Origin: Promethearchaeota archaeon | GTDB taxonomy: Archaea > Asgardarchaeota > Lokiarchaeia > Sigyniarchaeales > SOKP01 | Length of the DNA stretch: 64,000 nt | Direction: 5' to 3' | NCBI GenBank assembly: GCA_048940925.1 | Contig: JBHLOC010000001.1 | Span: 64,001-128,000 of the forward strand | Shown here: piece after piece, positions 20,134 through 30,398 of the stretch | How positions within the stretch are numbered: position 1 is the stretch's first letter | Layout: every line of letters begins with the position of its first letter | The notes under the pieces: model-generated | Seen by the model: the letters and a program-made list of their open reading frames with translations, nothing else | The model's database searches: none | What the model was told of the DNA's origin: nothing | Position numbers and translations under genes: made by a program

Positions 20134-20895
20134 ATGAGTTTTGAACCGAAAATTTTGGGTTTTTTATGTAATTGGTGCTCATATGCGGGGGCTGATTTGG
20201 CTGGAGTAAGCAGAATGCAGTATCCTCCTAATATCAGAGTAATACGAGTAATGTGTAGTGGCAGAGTTGACCCAAAATTTATCTTTGAAGCTCTCAGAGT
20301 TGGAGCTGATGGAGTCATTGTGCTAGGATGCCATCTGGGAGATTGTCACTATCTTGAAGGGAATTATGAAGCTGAGAAGAAATTTGACATGGTTAAACGA
20401 TTTCTTAAGCTAATCGATTTCGATAGTAGGGTTCGGTTAGATTGGGTATCAGCATCTGAAGGTGCTCGATATGCTGCTGTTATAAAGGAATTTACAAGTC
20501 ATATTAAGACATTAGGACCATCTCCTGTAGGTGGTGATAATCCAGATAAAGAAATCCTCGAGAAATTGAGGGCTATAGAGGAAGCTGCGGCAGGTGATCG
20601 AATGAGAGCACTTGTAGGAAGAGAAAGAAAAATTACAGAACAAGAAAATGTTTATGGTGAGAAAGTTCCAATTGAAAAATTTAATGAAGTTTTCGATTCG
20701 GCAATTGAAGAAGAGTATAATAGACATAGAATATTAATTTCTTTAGAAAATGATTCTAAGTCCGTAAAAGATTTAGCAATTGAATTAAATATAGATCCAA
20801 GCGCTGTTTTAGAACATATGGTAATTTTAAAAAGTCGAGGTCAAGTAGATTTCGGACAACTTGTTGGATTAACACCAATGTTTCATAAAATATAA
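20134..20895 (+). CDS. mvhD: MvhD [2Fe-2S] subunit with a C-terminal extension ending in a wHTH-like domain
   Basis: FLCNWCSYAGADLAG, MCSGRV, GCHLGDCHY, plus ~120 extra aa (SVKDLAIELNIDPSAVLEHMVILKSRGQV). Confidence 0.9.
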   Translation: MSFEPKILGFLCNWCSYAGADLAGVSRMQYPPNIRVIRVMCSGRVDPKFIFEALRVGADGVIVLGCHLGDCHYLEGNYEAEKKFDMVKRFLKLIDFDSRVRLDWVSASEGARYAAVIKEFTSHIKTLGPSPVGGDNPDKEILEKLRAIEEAAAGDRMRALVGRERKITEQENVYGEKVPIEKFNEVFDSAIEEEYNRHRILISLENDSKSVKDLAIELNIDPSAVLEHMVILKSRGQVDFGQLVGLTPMFHKI

Positions 20896-20907
20896 AGAGG
20901 ATAAAAT

Positions 20908-23900
20908 ATGGATAAAATAGGAGCAGTCATGGTTGTAGGCGCAGGAATAGGAGGCTCACAAGCAGCACTCGATCTGGGTGATTCAGGGTTTAGAGTTTAC
21001 TTAATTGAATCTTCAACAAGTATTGGTGGCGTGATGGCCCAATTGGATAAAACTTTTCCCACAAATGATTGCGCTATGTGTATAGTAAGCCCTAAGCTCG
21101 TAGAGACAGGTCGACATCAAAATATTGATTTGAGTATTAATTGTGAGATTTTAGATGTCGAAGGAGAAGCAGGAAATTTCACAGTTAAAGTAAAAAAAAA
21201 TTCTTTATATATTAATCCAGATAAATGTACTGGTTGCGGTGTGTGTGGTCAAAACTGCCCAGTAGAGGCAATTGATGTATTCAATGAGGGATTATCTAGA
21301 TATCATGCTACTTCTGTAAAGTATCCACAAGCTGTTCCACTCGTATATGCTATCAATAAAGAATATTGTATAGGATGCGGAGTATGTGCTGGTGTATGTA
21401 AAGCAAAAGCGGTAGAGTATGACCGAGAAGATGAAGAAGTAGATATTAATGTAGGAGCAGTTATTCTTGCTCCAGGTTTTGATGAATTTGTTCCTCAAGC
21501 AGCAAACAAATATGGTTATGGGGAGTTTAAAAACGTAGTGACCAGTATTGAGTTTGAACGTATCTTGTCAGCTTCAGGACCATTTGCTGGAAGAGTTCTT
21601 AGACCTTCTGATGGAGATATTCCAGAAAAAGTAGCTTTCCTTCAATGTATAGGATCCCGAGATTATTCGGGAAAAGGTCAACCATATTGTTCTTCAGTAT
21701 GTTGTATGTATACAGCGAAAGAGGCAGTAATTGCTCACGAGCATCAGCATGAAGTAAAACCTACAATTTTTAGCATGGATATAAGAGCATACGGAAAAGA
21801 TTTTGATAAATATATCATTAGGGCTCAAGAAGAGTATGGTATCCGATATATTAGAAGTAGAGTATCTTCAATAACAGAGATTCCTGAGACAAAAGATTTA
21901 AAACTTTGTTATGAAACTGAAGATGGGAAGGTAATTGAAGAAATTTATAATATGGTGGTGTTAAGTGTCGGATTAAATCCTCCTGATGATGCGAAATACC
22001 TGGCTGAAAAATTTAATATTGAATTAAATGAATTTGGTTTCGCAAAAACAGAAATTTTCAACCCTGTACAAACCTCAAGACCTGGAATTTTTGCTTGTGG
22101 TGCATTTTCTCAACCTAAAGATATTCCTGAAACTGTTACTCAAGCGAGTGCGGCTGCCGGTTGTGTTGATCAACTTCTATTTGAAAAGAGAGGTACATTA
22201 ATAACAGAAAAAACATTACCTCCAGAGATTTTTGTGGCAGGACAACCTCCGCGTATTGGAGTATTTATTTGTCACTGTGGTATAAATATTGGTGGATATG
22301 TAGATGTTCCTGAGGTTACTAAATATGCGAGTACTCTCCCAAATGTTGTCATGTCAGATCGTAATCTTTACACTTGTTCTGCCGATACTCAAGGGATAAT
22401 AAAAGAAAAAATTGAAGAATACCATCTTAATAGAGTTATTGTTGCCTCATGTACTCCTCGAACTCATGAACCATTATTCCAAGAAACCATTAGAGAAGCG
22501 GGCTTAAATCGGTACTTATTTCAAATGGCAAATATCCGTGATCAATGTTCATGGGTGCACATGAACCAACCTGAGGAAGCTACTCAAAAAGCAAAAGATC
22601 TTGTAAGAATGGCGGTTAATAAAGCTCGACGAATAGCCCCTATAGATAGAATAAAACTGGGAGTGACAAAGAAAGCAATGGTAATAGGGGGAGGAATAAG
22701 TGGTATGGTAGCTGCTCTTAATTTTGCCAGCCAACAAATTGAGACTCACCTAGTTGAAAAAGCAGGAGAATTAGGAGGTTTAGCGCGAAAAATTTTTCAT
22801 ACTCTTGAAGGAGGAGATGTTCAAGCTTATTTAAAAGATTTAATTGAAAAAGTCGAGTCTAATAAATTTATTCATGTATATACAAATGCTGAAATTGAAA
22901 CTTTAGATGGATATATTGGAAACTTCAAAACTACAGTTATTCATGGACCAAAAAAAGAAATTGCAGAATTTGACCATGGAGTTGTTATTTTAGCTACAGG
23001 AGCACATGAATATAAACCAAAAGAATTTCTTTATGGCCATAATAAAAATGTTATTTTGCAATCAGAGTTCGAAGACCTATTAAATACTGATAGTGTTATT
23101 AAAAATAAAAAATCAGTTGTCATGATTCAATGCGTTGGTTCAAGAAACGATGAACATCCATATTGTAGCAAAATGTGTTGTGCAGAAGCTATAAAAAACG
23201 CATTATTAGTTAAAAAACTAAATCCATCAACAGAAGTTACGGTTTTATTTAGAGATATCCGAACATATGGATTTAAAGAAAAGTATTATAGAAAAGCAAG
23301 AGAACAAGGAGTAATTTTCCTTCGATATGATGAACTGAATCCGCCTGAAATTATTACGAAGGATTCATCATTAAATGTAAAAGTTAAAACTCCAAAAGCA
23401 GGAGTTTTATCAATCCCCACGGATTTATTAGTATTAAGTGCAGGAATAGTTGCATCTCACGAGGAAAATGAAGAGCTTGCTAAAATGTTAAAAGTTCCTT
23501 TAAATGATGATAATTTTTATCTAGAAGCCCACGTTAAACTTCGTCCGGTTGATTTTGCAACTGAAGGAGTATTTGTTGCTGGCTTAGCACACTGTCCAAA
23601 AACAATTGAAGATTCAATTTCACAAGCTAATGCAGCAGTTTCAAGAGCATGTACAATTCTCTCAAAAGATGAAATTGAAGCTGAGGGAAAAACGGCAGTT
23701 ATTGATATGTCTCGCTGTATCGGATGTGGGATGTGTATAGAAAATTGTGCATATAATGCTATAGAATTAATTGAAGATCGAAGGTTCGGTTTAGTAGCGT
23801 CAATTAATCAAGCACTTTGTAAAGGTTGTGGAGCTTGTAGTGGGAATTGTCGATGTAGTGCCATCGATATTTTAGGTTTTACAGCAGAACAGATTTATTC

Positions 23901-23922
23901 GATGATCACTGCAAGATTATAA
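20908..23922 (+). CDS. hdrA: Large tandem HdrA with two FAD domains (1004 aa)
   Basis: Two Rossmann motifs, LDKTFPTNDCAMCI, YCSSVCCMY and YCSKMCC, SCTPRTHEPLF, ferredoxin motifs. Confidence 0.93.
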   Translation: MDKIGAVMVVGAGIGGSQAALDLGDSGFRVYLIESSTSIGGVMAQLDKTFPTNDCAMCIVSPKLVETGRHQNIDLSINCEILDVEGEAGNFTVKVKKNSLYINPDKCTGCGVCGQNCPVEAIDVFNEGLSRYHATSVKYPQAVPLVYAINKEYCIGCGVCAGVCKAKAVEYDREDEEVDINVGAVILAPGFDEFVPQAANKYGYGEFKNVVTSIEFERILSASGPFAGRVLRPSDGDIPEKVAFLQCIGSRDYSGKGQPYCSSVCCMYTAKEAVIAHEHQHEVKPTIFSMDIRAYGKDFDKYIIRAQEEYGIRYIRSRVSSITEIPETKDLKLCYETEDGKVIEEIYNMVVLSVGLNPPDDAKYLAEKFNIELNEFGFAKTEIFNPVQTSRPGIFACGAFSQPKDIPETVTQASAAAGCVDQLLFEKRGTLITEKTLPPEIFVAGQPPRIGVFICHCGINIGGYVDVPEVTKYASTLPNVVMSDRNLYTCSADTQGIIKEKIEEYHLNRVIVASCTPRTHEPLFQETIREAGLNRYLFQMANIRDQCSWVHMNQPEEATQKAKDLVRMAVNKARRIAPIDRIKLGVTKKAMVIGGGISGMVAALNFASQQIETHLVEKAGELGGLARKIFHTLEGGDVQAYLKDLIEKVESNKFIHVYTNAEIETLDGYIGNFKTTVIHGPKKEIAEFDHGVVILATGAHEYKPKEFLYGHNKNVILQSEFEDLLNTDSVIKNKKSVVMIQCVGSRNDEHPYCSKMCCAEAIKNALLVKKLNPSTEVTVLFRDIRTYGFKEKYYRKAREQGVIFLRYDELNPPEIITKDSSLNVKVKTPKAGVLSIPTDLLVLSAGIVASHEENEELAKMLKVPLNDDNFYLEAHVKLRPVDFATEGVFVAGLAHCPKTIEDSISQANAAVSRACTILSKDEIEAEGKTAVIDMSRCIGCGMCIENCAYNAIELIEDRRFGLVASINQALCKGCGACSGNCRCSAIDILGFTAEQIYSMITARL

Positions 23923-23943
23923 CGATAATGAGGTTTAGAAAAA

Positions 23944-24396
23944 ATGACGGAAACAGTTTCAAAAGAAAAAGAGATAAGTGAGAAATGGGAACCAAAAATC
24001 ATCGCTTTTTTATGTAATTGGTGTTCTTATGCTGGAGCAGATTTAGCTGGAGTAAGTAGAATCCAATATCCACCGAATATAAGAATTGTCAGAGTTCCCT
24101 GTTCTGGAAGAGTTAATCCCTATTTTATTATAAAAAGTCTGACAGATGGATGGGATGGTGTTCTTGTATCGGGATGTCATCCTGGTGATTGCCATTATAT
24201 TAGTGGAAATTTAGTGGCTCGAAGACGTTTTGCAATATTGAAAGAGCTTCTGAAATTCTTTGGAATTGAACCCGGGAGAGTTAATTTTATGTGGGCTTCT
24301 GCTGCCGAAGGAGAGCGATTTGCTACCTTGGTGAAGAAGGCTACAAATATAGTAAAAGAATTAGGACCAAATAAAAAATTTCAAAGAGAGTGGTAA
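23944..24396 (+). CDS. flxD: MvhD/FlxD [2Fe-2S] subunit
   Basis: CNWCSYAGADLAG, PCSGRV, GCHPGDCHY; directly precedes flxCBA-like genes. Confidence 0.88.
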   Translation: MTETVSKEKEISEKWEPKIIAFLCNWCSYAGADLAGVSRIQYPPNIRIVRVPCSGRVNPYFIIKSLTDGWDGVLVSGCHPGDCHYISGNLVARRRFAILKELLKFFGIEPGRVNFMWASAAEGERFATLVKKATNIVKELGPNKKFQREW

Positions 24397-25412
24397 TGAA
24401 TATGAGTATTGAAACAGAAAACAGAGAAATTGAAAATTCAATAAGAGAATTGGCTAAAAAGTTATTCAATGAGAAACAAGTAGATGTGATCATTGGATAT
24501 TCAAAGGGTACACTTCCTTTAAGCTCTACACCAATAATCATTAGGAAAGCAGAAGATATAGACAAGTTAGTCTGGAATAATTTATGCTATATTAATTTAG
24601 CTAGATATTTAGCCCCTCTAATGCCCCAACTTTGTGATACAGAAGGAAATTCTTTGAGAATTGGAATTGTTGCTAAAGGTTGTGTTGCCAGAGCAATAAA
24701 TCTTTTAGCGGTTGAGAAGCAAGTAAATCTAGATAACATTAAGATGATTGGGTTTAATTGTAATGGTAATATTAACAGAAGTAAAATAGATATGGAAATT
24801 GGGGAAAAAGAGATTCTTGATGTTTCAATATTAGGGAGTGATATCATTGTAAAAGGAAAAGATTGGGAGAAAAAATTCCCCTATGATCAATATATTAATG
24901 AGCTATGTAAAGTTTGTAAAATAAAATCACCTTCTGCGCCAGAAGATCTATGTGTAGGTGAATGTCACGAATTAGAATCTGTATATGATGAATTTACAGA
25001 TATTGATGAGTTTGAATCGAAAACATCTGAGGAGAAATGGGCATATATTAAAGATACTTTAGGAGTGTGCACTTTATGCTATAGTTGTCGCCAAGCCTGT
25101 CCTGCGTGTTATTGCAATCTATGTTTTGTTGATCAAAATGCACCTATATGGTTCAACAAAACTACAGAATTTAATGACATACTTGTATTCCATTTAATAC
25201 GCTCGATGCATTTAGCAGGAAGATGTATAGGATGTGGAGCATGTTCATCGGTATGTCCAGTCGGTATAGACCTGTATTTTATCAATAGAAAATTGGAAAA
25301 GATCGTTAAAGAAAGATTTAATTATACATCAGGTCTTAATGCTGAAACTTTACCTCCAATGATGGATTTCAAAATGGAGGATGCACAAGAATTTATGTTA
25401 GAGGAAGATTAA
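24390..25412 (+). CDS. flxC: FlxC-like iron-sulfur protein
   Basis: CTLCYSCRQACPACYC..CF and HLAGRCIGCGACSSVCP; exact start uncertain (24390/24396/24402). Confidence 0.8.
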   Translation: MVMNMSIETENREIENSIRELAKKLFNEKQVDVIIGYSKGTLPLSSTPIIIRKAEDIDKLVWNNLCYINLARYLAPLMPQLCDTEGNSLRIGIVAKGCVARAINLLAVEKQVNLDNIKMIGFNCNGNINRSKIDMEIGEKEILDVSILGSDIIVKGKDWEKKFPYDQYINELCKVCKIKSPSAPEDLCVGECHELESVYDEFTDIDEFESKTSEEKWAYIKDTLGVCTLCYSCRQACPACYCNLCFVDQNAPIWFNKTTEFNDILVFHLIRSMHLAGRCIGCGACSSVCPVGIDLYFINRKLEKIVKERFNYTSGLNAETLPPMMDFKMEDAQEFMLEED

Positions 25413-25428
25413 AAGGGTGAATTAAAAT

Positions 25429-26490
25429 ATGGAACAAAAAATATTAAAAAAAGACCAAGTTGGAAAATTATACAACGAATTAGCAAATGAATATAACTTT
25501 TATGCTCCGATTAATAAAAAGGGTAATCTAGTCTTCGAGAAGATCGAAAATCCTGAAGATATTGTTTTAGATTACCTGAATTCAAAAATTCCACCGAAAT
25601 CAATATTATTTCCTCAAGAAGAGGTGCTTTTTGAATATTCTTTAGATGAGAAAAATGTTGAAATCACTGATAGACAAGATCTAGATCAAAAATACTTGAT
25701 ATTTGGAATTCGACCATGCGACGCTTACAGTTTTGAATTGTTCGCTAATTTCTTTTCATTTCATGGAGACTGGAAGGATGAGATATATTTAAAGAAGAAA
25801 GAGAATACAACACTCATAGGTATCGGGTGTAATACTCCAAGAACTACATGCTTTTGTACATCTGTAGGTGGAAATCCTTTCAAAAAGGAGAATATGGATG
25901 TTTTTTTGACAGATTTAGGTGAATCTTACTTAGTTGAGGGTATTAGCGATAAAGGGAAAGATCTTTTAAAGCAATTATCGTGGCTTACGGGTGCTACAGA
26001 AAAAGATGTGAAGAAAGCGAAAGAATTAGCTAAAAAAGCGGAGGAATCAATAGTTACAAAAATTGATGCTGATACAGTTGTAAAGAATTTAGAAACTTGT
26101 TTCGATCATCCTGTTTGGGAAGAAATCAGTGAAGCCTGTATAGGATGCGGATCGTGCGCCTATATGTGCCCAACATGTACATGTTTCGATGTGATCGACG
26201 AGACAGACCAGTATAATAATCGAGGCAGAAGAATTCGAATTTGGGATACTTGCCAATCGTGTCTTTATACTCTCGAAACGAGTGGTCACAACCCACGAAA
26301 TACTAAAATTCAACGTTGTCGTAATAGAATAATGCATAAGTTTAGTTATTATCCAACAAATTACGATTTACTAGGCTGTGTTGGATGTGGGAGATGCGTT
26401 TTTGTATGCCCTGCTAATAATGATATTCGTGAAATATTGCATAAAATAGAAAAGATTGAAAAAGAGGAGGATGAGAAAGTAGTTGCCTAA
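25429..26490 (+). CDS. flxB: FlxB (AsrA/HydB-like) iron-sulfur protein
   Basis: FGIRPCD, CFCTS, CIGCGSCAYMCPTCTCF, WDTC, HKF, CVGCGRCVFVCP. Confidence 0.85.
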   Translation: MEQKILKKDQVGKLYNELANEYNFYAPINKKGNLVFEKIENPEDIVLDYLNSKIPPKSILFPQEEVLFEYSLDEKNVEITDRQDLDQKYLIFGIRPCDAYSFELFANFFSFHGDWKDEIYLKKKENTTLIGIGCNTPRTTCFCTSVGGNPFKKENMDVFLTDLGESYLVEGISDKGKDLLKQLSWLTGATEKDVKKAKELAKKAEESIVTKIDADTVVKNLETCFDHPVWEEISEACIGCGSCAYMCPTCTCFDVIDETDQYNNRGRRIRIWDTCQSCLYTLETSGHNPRNTKIQRCRNRIMHKFSYYPTNYDLLGCVGCGRCVFVCPANNDIREILHKIEKIEKEEDEKVVA

Positions 26491-27322
26491 TCCTTATATA
26501 CCATATCTTACTACAATTAAATCGATAGTATCAGAAAACAAAGTTAATGATATTAAAACTATCGAGTTAGAGTTTAAAAAAGAAGAAGAATATAAGCAAT
26601 TTAAATATGTACCAGGACAATTTGCCGAAATTAGTCTAATAGGAAAAGGAGAATGTCCTATAGGAATTGCTTCATCTCCTACAGAGGAAGGTACTATAAA
26701 GTTTACCATAAAAAAGATGGGAACGGTTACCACCGCGTTTCACAATGGTGAAATTGGTGATATTGTTGGAATTAGAGGTCCCTGTGGGAATGGTTGGCCT
26801 GTTGAAGAGATGAAGGGTAAGAATATTGTTGTAATTGGTGGGGGTTTTGCATTTTCTACCTTACGTTCCTTGGTATTATATTTACTTGATGAGAAACATA
26901 GAAAGGATTATGGTGATATAACTGTAATCTACGGAAACCGTGATCCAGGCGAGGTATTGTATAAAGATGTGTTGGAAGAATGGAAAAAACGAGATGATAT
27001 TAAAGTGGTATTAACTATAGATCGTGAAGCGGAGGGATGGACAGAAAAAGTAGGATTTGTTGCACCAATTGTCAAAGAAGTAGCACCAAGTGCCGATAAT
27101 GGCATCGCAGTTGTCTGTGGACCACCAATAATGATTAAAACTACTATTGATGTTTTAGAAGAACTAAACTGGAAAGATGACCAAATTTTAAACTCTTTAG
27201 AGATGCGAATGAAGTGTGGAATTGGTAAATGTGGAAGATGTAATATCGGAAATAAATTTGTTTGCGTTGATGGTCCCGTTTTTTCTCTTGCCGAACTTAA
27301 GGAATTACCAGATGAATATTAA
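26483..27322 (+). CDS. flxA: FlxA (AsrB/HydG/PyrK-like) FAD/NAD(P)-binding [2Fe-2S] subunit
   Basis: PGQF, RGPCGNGW, GGGFAFSTLRS, CGPPIM, MKCGIGKCGRC...CVDGPVF. Confidence 0.88.
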   Translation: MPNPYIPYLTTIKSIVSENKVNDIKTIELEFKKEEEYKQFKYVPGQFAEISLIGKGECPIGIASSPTEEGTIKFTIKKMGTVTTAFHNGEIGDIVGIRGPCGNGWPVEEMKGKNIVVIGGGFAFSTLRSLVLYLLDEKHRKDYGDITVIYGNRDPGEVLYKDVLEEWKKRDDIKVVLTIDREAEGWTEKVGFVAPIVKEVAPSADNGIAVVCGPPIMIKTTIDVLEELNWKDDQILNSLEMRMKCGIGKCGRCNIGNKFVCVDGPVFSLAELKELPDEY

Positions 27323-27368
27323 ATTAAAAATGTTTTTGTTAATAAAATAAAAAAATAGGTGAAAAGTA

Positions 27369-28490
27369 TTGGCTAAAAGTGAAATCTCAAAAAGTTTTGA
27401 GGATTTAATTAAAGAAGTTCATGAGCCTGGACTATGTGGAGAATGTGGGGGATGTGTCAGTTTTTGTTCAGCAGGAGACATAAAAGCTATTGAAATGTCA
27501 GAATCGGGACCTCCTAAGTATGTTAACGAGGAAAGATGTCTTAAATGCGGTATATGTTATTTTGTATGTCCTCAAACCCACATTTTAAATGATCAATTAA
27601 ATAAAAAATTCAAATATGAACCTCCTATTGGGAATCAAATTAAAATTACTTCTTGCAAGGCTACTTCTGAAGAAATTAGAACCAAAGCGACAGATGGTGG
27701 TGTTGTTACTGCTATCTTAAGTTATCTATTAGACAATAAATTAATAGACGGAGCAATTGTGTGTAAGAGAAAGGGTCCTTTTAATCGAATTCCTTTTTTT
27801 GCGACAACCAATGAAGAATTAATAGAAGCCGCGGGTTCTCATTATGATTTTTCGAGCCAAGTAGTTGGATTAGAAAAGTATAGTACTTTTATTCCTACAA
27901 ATATTACTTTAAAAAAAATTATGGGCCCAGACTTATTAAACATAGCTGTGGTTGGAACCCCTTGTCAAATAAACTCAATAAGAAAGATGCAAGAGTTAAG
28001 AATTCTACCGGCTCATATTGTAAAATATACATTAGGACTATTCTGTTATCTTAACTTTTCATTTAATGATGAAGACAGGAAAAAATTGGAGAATAAGTTC
28101 AACTTTACCTTTGAAAATGTAGAAAGTATGAACATTCGAGAAGATCTTATCTTATATTTCAAAAATGGAGATACATTACATATTGATTTTAGAGATTTAA
28201 AAGAAATAGGTCGTCCTGCTTGTTTCGCATGCCCCGATTTTTCAAATATATATGCGGATATTTCTTTTGGGGGGCTTGGATCCGAAGAAAAACTCACAAC
28301 AACAATAATTCGTACCAAAATAGGAGAAAAAATCTATAAAAACGCCTTAAATAAAAGTTATATTCAAGAACCAACTGAATCTAACACATCAGCCAAAAAA
28401 TCAGAAATGTTAGAAAAAGTAAAGGTTTTTAGCAAAAGGAAAATTGAAAGGGCAGAAAAAACGCTCCAAAATAAAAACTTGCAAATATAA
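27369..28490 (+). CDS. Second FrhB/FdhB-family F420-binding beta subunit
   Basis: CGECGGC...CLKCGICYFVCP; ATDGGVVT, AGSHY, GTPCQ, LGLFC, CFACPDF, ADISFGG; AGGTGA SD before TTG. Confidence 0.9.
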   Translation: MAKSEISKSFEDLIKEVHEPGLCGECGGCVSFCSAGDIKAIEMSESGPPKYVNEERCLKCGICYFVCPQTHILNDQLNKKFKYEPPIGNQIKITSCKATSEEIRTKATDGGVVTAILSYLLDNKLIDGAIVCKRKGPFNRIPFFATTNEELIEAAGSHYDFSSQVVGLEKYSTFIPTNITLKKIMGPDLLNIAVVGTPCQINSIRKMQELRILPAHIVKYTLGLFCYLNFSFNDEDRKKLENKFNFTFENVESMNIREDLILYFKNGDTLHIDFRDLKEIGRPACFACPDFSNIYADISFGGLGSEEKLTTTIIRTKIGEKIYKNALNKSYIQEPTESNTSAKKSEMLEKVKVFSKRKIERAEKTLQNKNLQI

Positions 28491-28844
28491 AAATCGATAG
28501 TTTGTTTAATTATTATCCTTATTTTCTTTTTCTATATTGTAAGTCTCAGCTAAATGCAACATTAAAAAGTTTACTGTTACTAAATATAATGGAATTAACG
28601 ACAGTTCTACGAAGATTGATATTATAAATGGAAATTGAGGACTGATAAAATGCCAGATCATTCCTCTCATCATCGGACAAATTGCCCTCCCTAGAAAAGC
28701 AAAAGAATCACCTACCCCAAAAATCTTCTCCTATGTTCGGTAGAAATTCTACTATGTAAATTTTGGAATACTAAATCTGCTGACATCCCAAGTGCATAGT
28801 CGGCTAAGAATAAAAGTGAAAAAATTAGAAATAACGACTAAATC

Positions 28845-29819
28845 TTAAATATCAAAGATGTTTCCCGTGTTATATATTGTTTCGTCCAATTCGAGATGAA
28901 TTTGACCTCCTGAAGCAATTTCTATCGCGTAATTAATCCCTTCTAATACTCTATTCATCATAAATTCATATGCTCTAAAACAATCTTCAAGTTGAGTCAT
29001 ATTTTCCTCGGCATAGCAGTTTGATATTGCTGGTATTAATTCAGGAATGAAATCTTGGTTAATCATCATTTCTTCCGCATCAATCATCATTTCTTTTCCT
29101 ATAGTAAACGGATTATACACATCCATTTTTGCGAACATTATTCTACACACAAATAAAGAAGCTTTAATTTCCTTCATAATAAACTTAATTCTATTTTTAT
29201 CATCTAAAAATTTCTTAAATGTTAAAGCATTGACGATATCTTCATTAGTAATAGTGTTTGAAGTATCCATCAATTTACTAACTCTTTCTGACATTCTTTT
29301 TGAAGATAACATTAATTTGAGATTCATTTTATTTTTGCTATGATAATCCTTATAAAAAGCAGAAAGAAAAGTATGAATCCCTAGATCTTTTTGGTTTTTT
29401 GTGAGATCCAATTTATAATTTTTTTTCTTGAAATTATCCATAAAATTCTTTATGATTAAAAACTTTAGCTTTAATCGATGAAGTGCAAAAAATAAACATA
29501 ATCTTGTCTTGGTATATGCTTCAACATTACCCCTTCTAAATCTATCATGATGATCTCTTTCATACATAACGACAGGTTTTAACTTATTTACCAAAACATC
29601 CATAAAATATTCAATAATACGTTCGAGGGGTTCACATTCGATAACCCGAAACTTTTCTATAAGTTTTTGACTTGTTGGCTGACTTGGGGGTAACTCTTTA
29701 ATTTCATCATAGTTATAATACTCTAAAAATAAAGAGGTTAGTGCCTCCATTTCCAAAACAGTTCTACACGGAATAAATACCTTATTTAAATCATATAAAA
29801 TAGTCCCACTTTCGGGCAT
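28845..29819 (-). CDS. Hypothetical protein
   Basis: 324-aa ORF with GGAGGT SD; no motif recognised. Confidence 0.75.
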   Translation of the reverse strand: MPESGTILYDLNKVFIPCRTVLEMEALTSLFLEYYNYDEIKELPPSQPTSQKLIEKFRVIECEPLERIIEYFMDVLVNKLKPVVMYERDHHDRFRRGNVEAYTKTRLCLFFALHRLKLKFLIIKNFMDNFKKKNYKLDLTKNQKDLGIHTFLSAFYKDYHSKNKMNLKLMLSSKRMSERVSKLMDTSNTITNEDIVNALTFKKFLDDKNRIKFIMKEIKASLFVCRIMFAKMDVYNPFTIGKEMMIDAEEMMINQDFIPELIPAISNCYAEENMTQLEDCFRAYEFMMNRVLEGINYAIEIASGGQIHLELDETIYNTGNIFDI

Positions 29820-30398
29820 TCATTTTTACCTCCTTTTTTCTGTCTACAATGATTTGGAAATTAAAATCACGCTGAATTCAAAAATTTTTAACTTTTTCTA
29901 TGAAAACAAATATCCAATCATGTATAACAGTATTTACTATATAAAATGAAAAAATTCTATAATATAAATGAGTGATATATAATTTTTATTTTATCGATTT
30001 AGATGCTTTTTTGCTTAATTATTAACTTCAAATTGATGATTTTGTCTTTTAATTTCAATAGTACCTTTTATTCTTTCTTTTTCTAGATATTTTTCCTGAA
30101 AATGTGCATTTCTGTAACTGCGAAGATAGTCCCATACCTCTCGTTTCATTTCTATTTTTTCATCTTTCATTTTATATAATTACATTTTACTCTATACTTA
30201 TATGAATAAAAAATGAATATGCAATTATTAATTACTTTTATAGGCCAATTTTTAAAAATATGGACTCCAGATATCTTTACTCTAGAATCTTAAAATTTTA
30301 TTTTGTGTATATCTCTACTATTGAAATTATTCTCAATTATTGGACTCTTAAAAGAATTAATTTAACATTTTTTTAATTCTATTTAGGAAAGAATAATT

